63,172 nucleotides of DNA from Candidatus Hydrogenedentota bacterium (GCA_903932505.1 CAIZGN010000056.1:1-63172); one strand, 5' to 3'; shown: positions 19,434-27,889, numbered from the stretch's first letter. The notes: generated by a model from the sequence alone, not told the origin. Numbers and translations are program-made.

Positions 19434-22400
19434 TACAAGAGTTGATGGAAAAGCGCAAGAGATGGGTCGAGGCAAACCGTGAGAATGGATTTGAAACGGG
19501 TCTGAAACACCTGCTCACGGAGCTCTACCCGGACAACGCCCACTTCATCTACGAACTCCTGCAGAACGCCGAAGACGCACATGCTCAAGAAGTGCGGTTC
19601 ATCTTGGAGGAGAACCGCGTCGAATTTGAGCATAATGGAGAAAGGCTCTTCTCTTTCGAAGACGTCGACGCTATTACCAGCATCGGATTCAGCACCAAAC
19701 GCGACGACCCCACCAACATCGGGAAATTTGGCGTCGGCTTCAAGGCGGTTTTTGCCTATACCGAAACACCGGGAATCGAATCGGGAGAGTTTCATTTCCA
19801 AGTCCATGACATGGTAGTGCCGGAACCGATCGGCACTGCGCGGATCAAGCCGGGTGACAAGCAAACGCGATTCATTCTGCCTTTTAACAACCCGAAGAAG
19901 TCAGCGGATCGCGCGCGAAACGAGATCGAAACGCTTCTAAGAAAACTCGACGCGGCCACGCTGCTCTTCCTCACGCGTATCCGCAAGATCGAATATCTGC
20001 TTCCTGATACGTCTCTTGGCTACATCGAACGAATAGGGCATGGCGACCACCGATTCGAGATTCGCGTACAACAGCCTGATGAACTCGCCCCTTCGTCTAC
20101 TTGGTTTCTCAAGTTCGACAAAGAGGTTCAGGTGCAAGACGACGAGGCTGAGAATGAAGGCCAACAGCTGAAAACTTGCCGAATCGTCTTGGCCTTCGGA
20201 TTGTCGCCCGTCGCAACAAGAGCGGGCATTAAGGAAAAGAAAGACGTCGGTGCCATACCCGAATGGGAACTTGTGCCACTCGAGCGGGGGCGCGTCTGTA
20301 TCTATTTCCCGGCGGACAAGGAGACCTCCAATCTCCGCTTCCATCTACACGCACCATTTGCCTCCACTGTGGCGCGGGATAGTGTGCGCGATTGCCCGGG
20401 AAACAACGCACTACGCGACCACTTGGCCGAACTACTGGCCGAATCTATGCACGCCATTCGGGACCAAGGCCTGCTGACCGTGCGCACGTTGGCGCTGCTA
20501 CCCAACAACAAGGACAATCTGCCGACGCTCTATCAGCCACTTCTGGCCCGGCTGGTTAGGGAATTCCAGGTTCAGGATCTTGTCCCGATGAAACGCGACG
20601 GACATGCTTCGGCACGAAGCATATTTCGCGGGTCCGCCAAGCTGCAGGTGGTCATTGACGACAAGGATTTGGCCCATCTACTTAACAAACCGAAAGGGGC
20701 TCCGCTTTGGGCCGCAAATCCCCCACAACGGCATCAATGTGAGGACAATTTCCTCGCGGGCTTAGGTATCGAGCAATTAGAGTTGGAAAAACTGGTTCTC
20801 CATTTCTCATCTATCCCGGAAACGATGGAAGCATGGCTCAAGTCCAAGAGTATGCCATGGCACCGGAGTTTCTATGCGCTGCTCATCACGACCTTTTCGG
20901 AGAACGCCAGCTCTGAGTACCAAGCAACTCTCCGAAACCTTCCGCTTGTTCGGCTCGCTTCTGGAAGATATCAAGTCGGCCGCCAATCTTGTTTTCCTGT
21001 TGACCAGATGGATGTAAAGCATAAGCTGCAGCCGGTTGAGCGAGCAACGTACTCAGTTGACAATCAGGACGTTGATCAAGCAAAGAAATTTCTCAAGGCC
21101 ATAGGTGTCCGAGAATATAGTTTGACCGATGTGGTTGTCGATTTGATCATTCCAGAATATGAAGAACATGTCCCGCGAAAACGACATTTCAAGCACATCG
21201 CTACGATTCTCAAGGCAGTGGGGGAGGCGCCCAAACTAGAAAAGGAAAGCCTGAAGAAGCATCTCGGTGATACGGCATTCATTCTTGTGGAAAAGCCCGG
21301 CAAATCTAGTCACGCCTACGCAAAACCTGCAGAACTCTATTGGAGCTCCGAAAAGGACACCTCCCTTTGGAGGGAAAATCATGGAGTCAAATTCATTGAT
21401 GACGAGTATAACAAATCAAATCAGGAGTTTTTCCAAGAGCTCGGCGTCCAAGAGTTCGATATCGTTGAGAATGTCATCACGGCTATTCTTCCCTCGTATA
21501 GGGCCCCTGTTCCGCTAAAGCAGCACCGGCACGACATAGGGAAAATCTGTCAGGCGCTTGACACTGACTCTCAGGAGAAAAAGGCGAAACTACAGGATGC
21601 CCTATGCAAATCCTCGTTCGTTTTGACACAAACAGAATCGTCGACCGGTCCGCTCTACAAGAAACCGACTGAAGTGTCTCTGTTTGACAAGGAATGGTTC
21701 TCCTTCTTCCAAGATGGAGCCCCCCCACACTTCCTCAGTGAGGAATACGACGGAAAGATGGTTGAGAACTTTAAGGACCTCGGAGTTACTGCCCTCAATC
21801 CTATTGAGGCCGCGAAGACGATAATTTTCCGCATGGCGCATCTTTCATTGGAATCAGAGATTGACCGAAAACGCCATCTATCGAACATGCGGTTTCTCGC
21901 GGAAACTTGTTGGCCCCGCATCAAGAAGCAGACCGAAAAGGCCAGCCGAGAAAACTGGGTAAAGGAGTATAAAACACGGGCGTTCATCATCACCGAATCT
22001 GCTGATTCAAGACCGATGGCCTATAGAAGACCGGGCGACCTCTATTTCCACAGTGATGGCCTAGGGGCATACTTTACCGGAAATGAAGAAGGAAAGTTCG
22101 TCTGGGGGGAATATGGGGCCGCGATTCAGGAGTTCTTGGAGGCCTTTGGGGTGTCCCATGACGCGCGAGTCGAGAAAAAGAAAGAAGATCAGGCTCACAA
22201 TATCAGCATCGAAGCCAGTTGGGGCCATCATAAGCGCGGATTAGAGGGGTATGATCCCGAAATTAAGGTCGACGGCTTGCATGATGCGCTAATACTGCCT
22301 CCTTCTATGGAGAAGAGTCGGTATATCTGGAAGAAAATCGCCCTTCCTCATCAGCAGTGTATCACGGGATATATTGAATCCTCGTCGCGGCAGACCTTTG

Positions 22401-23197
22401 AGGGGAGCGAGAAGACGAAGGCGGAATCTGAAGGATTTGGCCGGTTCCTCATTGGAAGCCGGTGGTTGCCCAACAAAGAAGGTGAGTTCGTTTCGCCTAC
22501 AGAAGTAACACTCGACGTTTTGCCGGAGGATTTTCAAGGAGACCAAGTGTTGGCCAGTCAATTGGGCATGAAGCAGAATTACATTGGTGAACTCGCAAAA
22601 AAATGCGGTATTTCACCGGATCGTCTTGAGTTCACAAAAGACAACCCAGAAGAAATTGACCGGCTAATTGCTGAAAAAGAATCAAGGAAAAACAAACCGG
22701 AATTCCCTACTCAGGCGATAACGGATTCAGACCGCCGACGGGAAAAAGTTGCCGAGCAGCATGCTGATGCTCCTGCTAAGGAGTACGAGAAACGCGAGCG
22801 AAGCGTCCGGACTAGCGAGCCCGAAATTGATCGCAGAACAAGCCTTCGAAGCATGTATACAAACCCTGATGGGATAATGGTGTGTCAGGTCTGCGAGCAT
22901 GAAATGCCGTTCAAGAAACGCAATGGCGAGTATTACTTTGAAACGGTGGAGGCTCTTTCTAAAGACTATTTCACCAAAGAGCATGAGGCGCAGTTCTTGG
23001 CATTGTGCCCAGTGTGCGCGGCCAAGTATAAGGAGTTTGTAAAGTCCGATAACCATGCTATGGATGAATTCGTGAGCACATTGAAAGTTTCAGAGACGCC
23101 CGAGGTTCCGCTGAAACTGGGCGATTGGGATACTAGCCTCCGGTTTGTTGAAACGCATTTTCTTGACATCAAGACTATCCTCGGAGTCCTGGAATAA
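19430..23197 (+). CDS. sacsin-like GHKL (Bergerat-fold) ATPase with internal repeats and C-terminal zinc ribbon
   Basis: 1255 aa. The start overlaps the upstream stop (ATGA at 19430-19433). GHKL N-box FIYELLQNAEDA (19553-19579), then EFEHNGERLF and G-box NIGKFGVGFKAVF (19721-19744), the pattern seen in sacsin/MORC-type ATPases. Four to five repeats of about 113 aa each begin xF(L/F)xxLG(V/I) (aa 439-915). C-terminal CQVC...(44 aa)...CPVC (22883-23017). Confidence 0.8.
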   Translation: MIQELMEKRKRWVEANRENGFETGLKHLLTELYPDNAHFIYELLQNAEDAHAQEVRFILEENRVEFEHNGERLFSFEDVDAITSIGFSTKRDDPTNIGKFGVGFKAVFAYTETPGIESGEFHFQVHDMVVPEPIGTARIKPGDKQTRFILPFNNPKKSADRARNEIETLLRKLDAATLLFLTRIRKIEYLLPDTSLGYIERIGHGDHRFEIRVQQPDELAPSSTWFLKFDKEVQVQDDEAENEGQQLKTCRIVLAFGLSPVATRAGIKEKKDVGAIPEWELVPLERGRVCIYFPADKETSNLRFHLHAPFASTVARDSVRDCPGNNALRDHLAELLAESMHAIRDQGLLTVRTLALLPNNKDNLPTLYQPLLARLVREFQVQDLVPMKRDGHASARSIFRGSAKLQVVIDDKDLAHLLNKPKGAPLWAANPPQRHQCEDNFLAGLGIEQLELEKLVLHFSSIPETMEAWLKSKSMPWHRSFYALLITTFSENASSEYQATLRNLPLVRLASGRYQVGRQSCFPVDQMDVKHKLQPVERATYSVDNQDVDQAKKFLKAIGVREYSLTDVVVDLIIPEYEEHVPRKRHFKHIATILKAVGEAPKLEKESLKKHLGDTAFILVEKPGKSSHAYAKPAELYWSSEKDTSLWRENHGVKFIDDEYNKSNQEFFQELGVQEFDIVENVITAILPSYRAPVPLKQHRHDIGKICQALDTDSQEKKAKLQDALCKSSFVLTQTESSTGPLYKKPTEVSLFDKEWFSFFQDGAPPHFLSEEYDGKMVENFKDLGVTALNPIEAAKTIIFRMAHLSLESEIDRKRHLSNMRFLAETCWPRIKKQTEKASRENWVKEYKTRAFIITESADSRPMAYRRPGDLYFHSDGLGAYFTGNEEGKFVWGEYGAAIQEFLEAFGVSHDARVEKKKEDQAHNISIEASWGHHKRGLEGYDPEIKVDGLHDALILPPSMEKSRYIWKKIALPHQQCITGYIESSSRQTFEGSEKTKAESEGFGRFLIGSRWLPNKEGEFVSPTEVTLDVLPEDFQGDQVLASQLGMKQNYIGELAKKCGISPDRLEFTKDNPEEIDRLIAEKESRKNKPEFPTQAITDSDRRREKVAEQHADAPAKEYEKRERSVRTSEPEIDRRTSLRSMYTNPDGIMVCQVCEHEMPFKKRNGEYYFETVEALSKDYFTKEHEAQFLALCPVCAAKYKEFVKSDNHAMDEFVSTLKVSETPEVPLKLGDWDTSLRFVETHFLDIKTILGVLE

Positions 23198-23271
23198 CAA
23201 AGAGCGGGGACCTATTTACTGGAGACGGTGGAAGCCGAGTTCAATACGGAGATAGAGAAAGCCACCCAGCC

Positions 23272-23614
23272 ATGACCCAGCTGCTGTCACTTCCGGATAA
23301 TCCAGGATTTCTCGCCGTACTGAACGATCGCATCAGGCATGCCCGCCCCTCCGCTGTCCGCGCCGTCAATCATGAATTGGTTCTGCTTTACCGTGATATC
23401 GGGTACGGCATTGTGGAAAACCAACAGCCTGCAGGGTGGTTCGATGCGGCCGTGGAACACCTCCCCGCCGGTCTTCGCGCGGCAATTCTGCCCGGCGTAT
23501 TCCTGTGCCCAATTTCTTGAAGAGGCTGTTCAAGAATTGAAGAAAAGTGGGCAGCAGTCTCTTCCGCCTGGCGCGACCAACAAGCTCATTTGCCGGATGA
23601 AGGCGGCGGGATGA
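23272..23614 (+). pseudogene. frameshifted, truncated remnant of a DUF1016/YhcG-family (PD-(D/E)XK nuclease) gene; only the N-terminal domain is left
   Basis: Frame 1: LNDRIRHARPSAVRAVNHELVLLYRDIGYGIVENQQPAGW..VEHLPAGLRAAILPGV. This matches the N-terminal helical domain of YhcG/DUF1016 proteins as I remember them (..RIR.A...A.RAVN.EL..LYW.IG..I.E.Q...GWG..VV..LS..L..EFPG..GFS). The frame stops at 23520. Similarity seems to continue in another frame (..QFLEEAVQ..GQQSLPPGATNKLI, compare QQ.LPWGHN..L) up to 23614. No nuclease domain follows. Confidence 0.5.
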
Positions 23615-23719
23615 ACTTGCGACAATCCTGTGACACCGATTGTGTCATGCTAACGGGATGGCTTGGCCTACCCTGCACGGAAACTCTTTGAGAGAAAAGC
23701 CCCTAAGCTGGTACAATTC

Positions 23720-24247
23720 ATGGAGACGCGCTTCAGCGCGACAATGAGGTTCGTTATGCCCCTGAGTCCACAACAAATGCAGGCGATTTATATGGCGACC
23801 ACGGTGATTCGTCGCCCCCGGTTTGGCATCGTCAGCGGTTATCACGAGTTGCCCTATGTGTGCATCGGGGCCTCTTTCGAGCCTAGCAAGGGTGCTACGC
23901 GGGTGAAGGGGCGGGTGCATGTCTCGCCCCGCTTTGTGATTCGCCCCGCGCATTGCGAACCGAGCTACGAGGAAATCTTTGGCGCGGAAAATGTGGACAA
24001 GGCGATCGCGGGGCGCGTTTTTGGCTATCTGGGCTTTCGCAACAAGCCGGTGGAGTGCTCTTCCGAATATCTCGAACTGAAGCATCTGGACCAAACCGTG
24101 GATCAGGTACTCGGAGAGAGCCTCAGCGAACTGGATCGCATGGAAGACATCACTACAGGCGTGTTCATCACGCCCGACAGCCGTTATTACCCTCTTTCCG
24201 TGGAGCGATTTGTGTCGTCCATTCTGGAAGATGAGTTTTCAGTTTAG
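23720..24247 (+). CDS. hypothetical protein
   Basis: The ORF opens at TTG 23663. ATG 23720 (METRFS) is the first ATG, so the start is uncertain. Coding-like composition and no motif I recognise. Confidence 0.45.
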   Translation: METRFSATMRFVMPLSPQQMQAIYMATTVIRRPRFGIVSGYHELPYVCIGASFEPSKGATRVKGRVHVSPRFVIRPAHCEPSYEEIFGAENVDKAIAGRVFGYLGFRNKPVECSSEYLELKHLDQTVDQVLGESLSELDRMEDITTGVFITPDSRYYPLSVERFVSSILEDEFSV

Positions 24248-24331
24248 TTCAAGTCGGCCCGTCCTTTTCGCAGACGAGGCGTCCCGCCTCTTGAATGCGG
24301 CGGAATGCCACTACATTTACCGAGGTACATC

Positions 24332-24601
24332 ATGAAAAGCGCCTATGAATTAGCGATGGAACGGCTTGAGCGGGAAAGTGGCCCGCAGCGGAAACTCACC
24401 GAGGCGCAGCGCGCTGAGATTGCCGAAATCAACAAGCGTTTTGACGCGCGCATCGCTGAAGTCAAAATGAGCATGGAGCAACGCTGCGCCACAGCAACCA
24501 CCTTGGAAGAATTTCAGGGGATGCAAGCAGACATGGCTTCCCAGATTCAGTCGCTTGAAGAGAAGCGGAACCGGGAGAAGGAGGCCATCTGGAATTCCTG
24601 A
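24332..24601 (+). CDS. small helical/coiled-coil hypothetical protein
   Basis: ATG 24332 (MKSAYELAMERLERE) with GAGG upstream. 89 aa, charged heptad-like sequence. Confidence 0.5.
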   Translation: MKSAYELAMERLERESGPQRKLTEAQRAEIAEINKRFDARIAEVKMSMEQRCATATTLEEFQGMQADMASQIQSLEEKRNREKEAIWNS

Positions 24602-24638
24602 CCGGTGTTTACCGTAGGGGGTTTTGGGGGTGTTGACC

Positions 24639-26018
24639 ATGTTCAAGGTTCGACGCCGTTGGTGGTACGCGTCTGCGGTCGCTTTGGCAGGCCTGATGCT
24701 GGTCGGCCTTCTCGCGGTTTGGGATATGCGCATGCGGCAGGCCCCTCACCTGGGTTTCGCCCCCTCAGAGGCGCAGTGGCTCGCTTTCGCACCAGACTTC
24801 CCCGCGTTCAGCGCGGCACTGCAGACTTCCGACCCAGTTCAGCGCGTTCTCTCGAAAATCCCGGCGGGCGAGACCTCGATGGCCTCTGTGGCCGGATGGA
24901 CTCGTTTCTGGATTGGGGGTCCGATCCTGTTTTCGGAAGGTGCGGGAAGCTGGGGTTGTTGCCTCCGGCCGGGTGCCGCCTTGCGGATCACGTGCTGGCT
25001 CAAGGAAAAGACGGGCCGCCCTGCGCTTTTTGGGCGGCTGCACTATTGCTGGCGTGACGGCTTCTTGCTGGCCTCGGAAAGCCAGGGGTATCTGGCCCTT
25101 GCGATGAATGCACCCCGCGTGGACGGGCTGACCCCGCCGCAGTCGACAAACGCCCTCAAATTTCAGATGCATTGGCAAGACCGAGCCTTGGCGTCAAATC
25201 CAGCGCAAAAACTGGAGGCCACCCTCTGGGCCGGGCCCGAACTGCACATCGAGGGGCGCGCCATGCTGGACGCCGCCTTTGCGGGGGGCGGCACCCTGAC
25301 TCTTCCGGACGCTTGGAGTACCCCGCCGCTTCTTATTCTTGCCGGTGGCACCCATGATGATCTTGACGCAATGCTCCGTTGGTTTTCGAAAACACTACCC
25401 GAAGACGGGACGCTTGCCTTGGCTTTTCCGGGTGCGGCCGATACGGTGGGGCGACTGTGGCAGACCCTCGCCACGGTGTGTCCTGCGGAAACCGCGATCG
25501 TATGCCGGGGTATTGATTTTTCTGGGGCTATTCCAGTGCCGGAGGTTGGCTTGGTGGCCCTGCGCCCGACAGGCGGCACCATGTCCGAGGCGCTGAGTCC
25601 TTTCGTGTCCACCCCGGAGGCGATACGCTACGCTTGGGGTCGGCGGGAAGGCTGGCAGTTACCCCTGCTTGGTTCAGAAGGCACCCTCTGCATGACCACC
25701 GTGCAGCCCTACTGGCTCTTTGCCGCACAGGAACGAACCATGGCCGCGCTGCTGGACGGATTGCAGGGAGGGCGTCCAGCGGACGCCAACCTCGCGTTGC
25801 GTCTGGACTGGAGGCAGTTGAGTGGCGTGTTGTCAGAGGTGCTGCTTCGAGCGGCCCGATGGGAACTGTTGCCCGAGTGCAATGAGGCCGATGTATGTCG
25901 GGACTGGCTTCCACTTTGCGAGGCGACTGGTGACTTGGGGCAAGCGGCCATCGATGCCCAGGCGTGGGGTGGTTGGCTGCAGTTCAAGGGGCAATTGTCC
26001 CGCAGGAGTCAGCCATGA
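24639..26018 (+). CDS. hypothetical membrane-anchored protein
   Basis: Start MFKVRRRWWYASAVALAGLMLVGLLAVW (a single N-terminal TM). The stop overlaps the start of the next gene (ATGA at 26015-26018). Confidence 0.55.
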   Translation: MFKVRRRWWYASAVALAGLMLVGLLAVWDMRMRQAPHLGFAPSEAQWLAFAPDFPAFSAALQTSDPVQRVLSKIPAGETSMASVAGWTRFWIGGPILFSEGAGSWGCCLRPGAALRITCWLKEKTGRPALFGRLHYCWRDGFLLASESQGYLALAMNAPRVDGLTPPQSTNALKFQMHWQDRALASNPAQKLEATLWAGPELHIEGRAMLDAAFAGGGTLTLPDAWSTPPLLILAGGTHDDLDAMLRWFSKTLPEDGTLALAFPGAADTVGRLWQTLATVCPAETAIVCRGIDFSGAIPVPEVGLVALRPTGGTMSEALSPFVSTPEAIRYAWGRREGWQLPLLGSEGTLCMTTVQPYWLFAAQERTMAALLDGLQGGRPADANLALRLDWRQLSGVLSEVLLRAARWELLPECNEADVCRDWLPLCEATGDLGQAAIDAQAWGGWLQFKGQLSRRSQP

Positions 26019-27889
26019 TTGCCGTCACCCTGCTCTGTATCGCCGCCAGCCTCTTGGGTGCGCCGGAGACGGCATGGAATCCGGCGGTGCTGCCCTTGGC
26101 TCGAGATGGCGTTGCTGCGGCCTTGGGAAACGGGCTCCTTTCGGCGGGCTTGGACGCACGGGGAAATTTGCGCACGTTCTTCTGGCCCGGGCCGGGCGGA
26201 AACAATCAACTGGCTGCTGAACAGGGCGGTCAATCCTGCGCAGGCTTTTTTCTGGGGCTCCGCGGTCAGGTGATTTCGCTCGCGGATCCGGCATGGCAGG
26301 TGGAGTCCCAGTGCGACCTTGGGCTGGACAGACGGGCGGTGGAAACCCGGCTCGTATTGCCAGACACGGGGGTGCACGCGCGGCAAATAGCCTTGGTGGA
26401 GGAATCGGCGGATGCGCTGTCAATGCAGATTGCCGTGAGCGGTACAGCGGAGGCACCGCGCATATTCTGGTATCAGGACTTCGACCCGAAGACCGTGCGC
26501 ATTCCCGAGGTTGCGTGGTGTGGCGCGCTCAATCGGGCGGGTGTCGATTTTGCGGCGTTCCTCATGTCCGCGCCGACTTTTCGTGGCTATCAGTTTCGCC
26601 CGGCGGCTCCATCCGCCGCTCAAAGGCACGAGACGCGGAGTTTGCTGCAAGCATCCACCGCTGTCGGGCCAGACCTAGCCGCATTGTGGGGGGCAACGGT
26701 TGTGCCGTCGGTGTGGGTGGGTCTGTCCAGCCCCAACCGACCGATCCACGCCGCCTGTGGCAATGTGGGCGAGGCGGATGGCCCTCTGGCCCAAGTGCGA
26801 CAGGGACGCATCGGGGAAACAGCGGCCGCCGTGGGGGATTGTGATGTGGCGGTCGAACTTGAGCCTCAGTCGCGTGGTGAGGAATACAGCGTGACGTTGC
26901 GTCTGGCCTTTGGTGCAAACCGCAAGCGGGTGGACGAGCTTCTAGATGCGGCAGCGGAGGCAACGTTCGATCCTCCAGTGGTGGCAGAGTCGGACGTGGA
27001 AAGGCAACGCGCCCGTGCGCTGACCACCTTGCTTCACGCGATCGACCGCGCGACGGGAGCGGTGGTGCGTGCGCCTGTGGCAGAACCGGCGCAGCCTATC
27101 GTTTCTGCCGAGGTGACAGCATGGGTCTCGCTTGCGCTGGATCTTGCAGGGCGACACAACCAGGCAGCAGACGCGCTGCGCTTCCTGCGCAATCAGGTGC
27201 GCCTGCAATCCACACCCGGGCAACCCAGCGGGTCTCTCGCCTCGGCCTACTACGCAGACGGTGTCCCCGCCTCGCCCCACTGGGTCTTGGAACCAGAGGC
27301 GGTCGCGTGGTTGCTCAGCGGGCTATGGCGGCACGGCGCGCTGCTTTCCGAGAGCGAGAAGAAAGCTTGGTTTGAGGAAAGCTGGGACGCGGCCCGCGCC
27401 TCGGCCGATTTTCTGGAACAATGGACATCGGGGCCGGGTGGGACACCGCTTCCAGGCTATGATCCATCGCAGGGCCGGGACGCAGTCCGGGATGTTTCCA
27501 TCCTGCACCATCTCATGGGGATCAATGCGGCGATACGTATGAACGCTGTGCTCGGTCGGAAAATGGTGGATCCCTGGATACGGCACCGAGATGAGCTGGA
27601 TAACCAGTTGCGTTCAAAGATGCTGGGCGGTTTAACGTCCGCCCTGTGCGTACCAGAAACGCTTCCGTTCTGGTTGCGCGGGGTTCTGGAAAACGAACGG
27701 GATGCGGTGTGGAATGCGTCAGCCATTGCCAAGGGCGAGTCCCGGACTTTGGGTGCATTTTCTTTCGGGCCGACGACCGAATGGACCCGGGACGCGGGGG
27801 TGGACGCCTATGCGGCGGCGTTGGCGTATATCGCGCTGCAAGGCGGGATGCCTACAGAAGCGGCTCCTCAACGGCCTCCAGCTGGCTGA
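26015..27889 (+). CDS. hypothetical secreted protein; weak resemblance to glucoamylase-like alpha/alpha-barrel proteins
   Basis: ATG 26015 with AGGAG upstream. Signal-like MIAVTLLCIAASLLGAPETAW. The C-terminal half (WVSLALDLAGRHNQAADALRFL...WLLSGLWRHG...SADFLEQW) loosely resembles GH15-type barrels. The functional call is weak. Confidence 0.5.
   Translation: MIAVTLLCIAASLLGAPETAWNPAVLPLARDGVAAALGNGLLSAGLDARGNLRTFFWPGPGGNNQLAAEQGGQSCAGFFLGLRGQVISLADPAWQVESQCDLGLDRRAVETRLVLPDTGVHARQIALVEESADALSMQIAVSGTAEAPRIFWYQDFDPKTVRIPEVAWCGALNRAGVDFAAFLMSAPTFRGYQFRPAAPSAAQRHETRSLLQASTAVGPDLAALWGATVVPSVWVGLSSPNRPIHAACGNVGEADGPLAQVRQGRIGETAAAVGDCDVAVELEPQSRGEEYSVTLRLAFGANRKRVDELLDAAAEATFDPPVVAESDVERQRARALTTLLHAIDRATGAVVRAPVAEPAQPIVSAEVTAWVSLALDLAGRHNQAADALRFLRNQVRLQSTPGQPSGSLASAYYADGVPASPHWVLEPEAVAWLLSGLWRHGALLSESEKKAWFEESWDAARASADFLEQWTSGPGGTPLPGYDPSQGRDAVRDVSILHHLMGINAAIRMNAVLGRKMVDPWIRHRDELDNQLRSKMLGGLTSALCVPETLPFWLRGVLENERDAVWNASAIAKGESRTLGAFSFGPTTEWTRDAGVDAYAAALAYIALQGGMPTEAAPQRPPAG

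Noticed and set aside
23339-23614. 91-aa ORF as an independent small gene
   Set aside because: It overlaps the DUF1016-like fragment in another frame and appears to continue the same similarity. It is better explained as the frameshifted part of the pseudogene.
15710-23640. Calling the AT-richer segment an integrative element or prophage remnant
   Set aside because: No integrase, transposase, tRNA/tmRNA target, phage structural gene or flanking direct repeat could be found by eye. Only composition and a decayed gene support foreign origin, so it is reported as a finding and not as a mobile_element feature.
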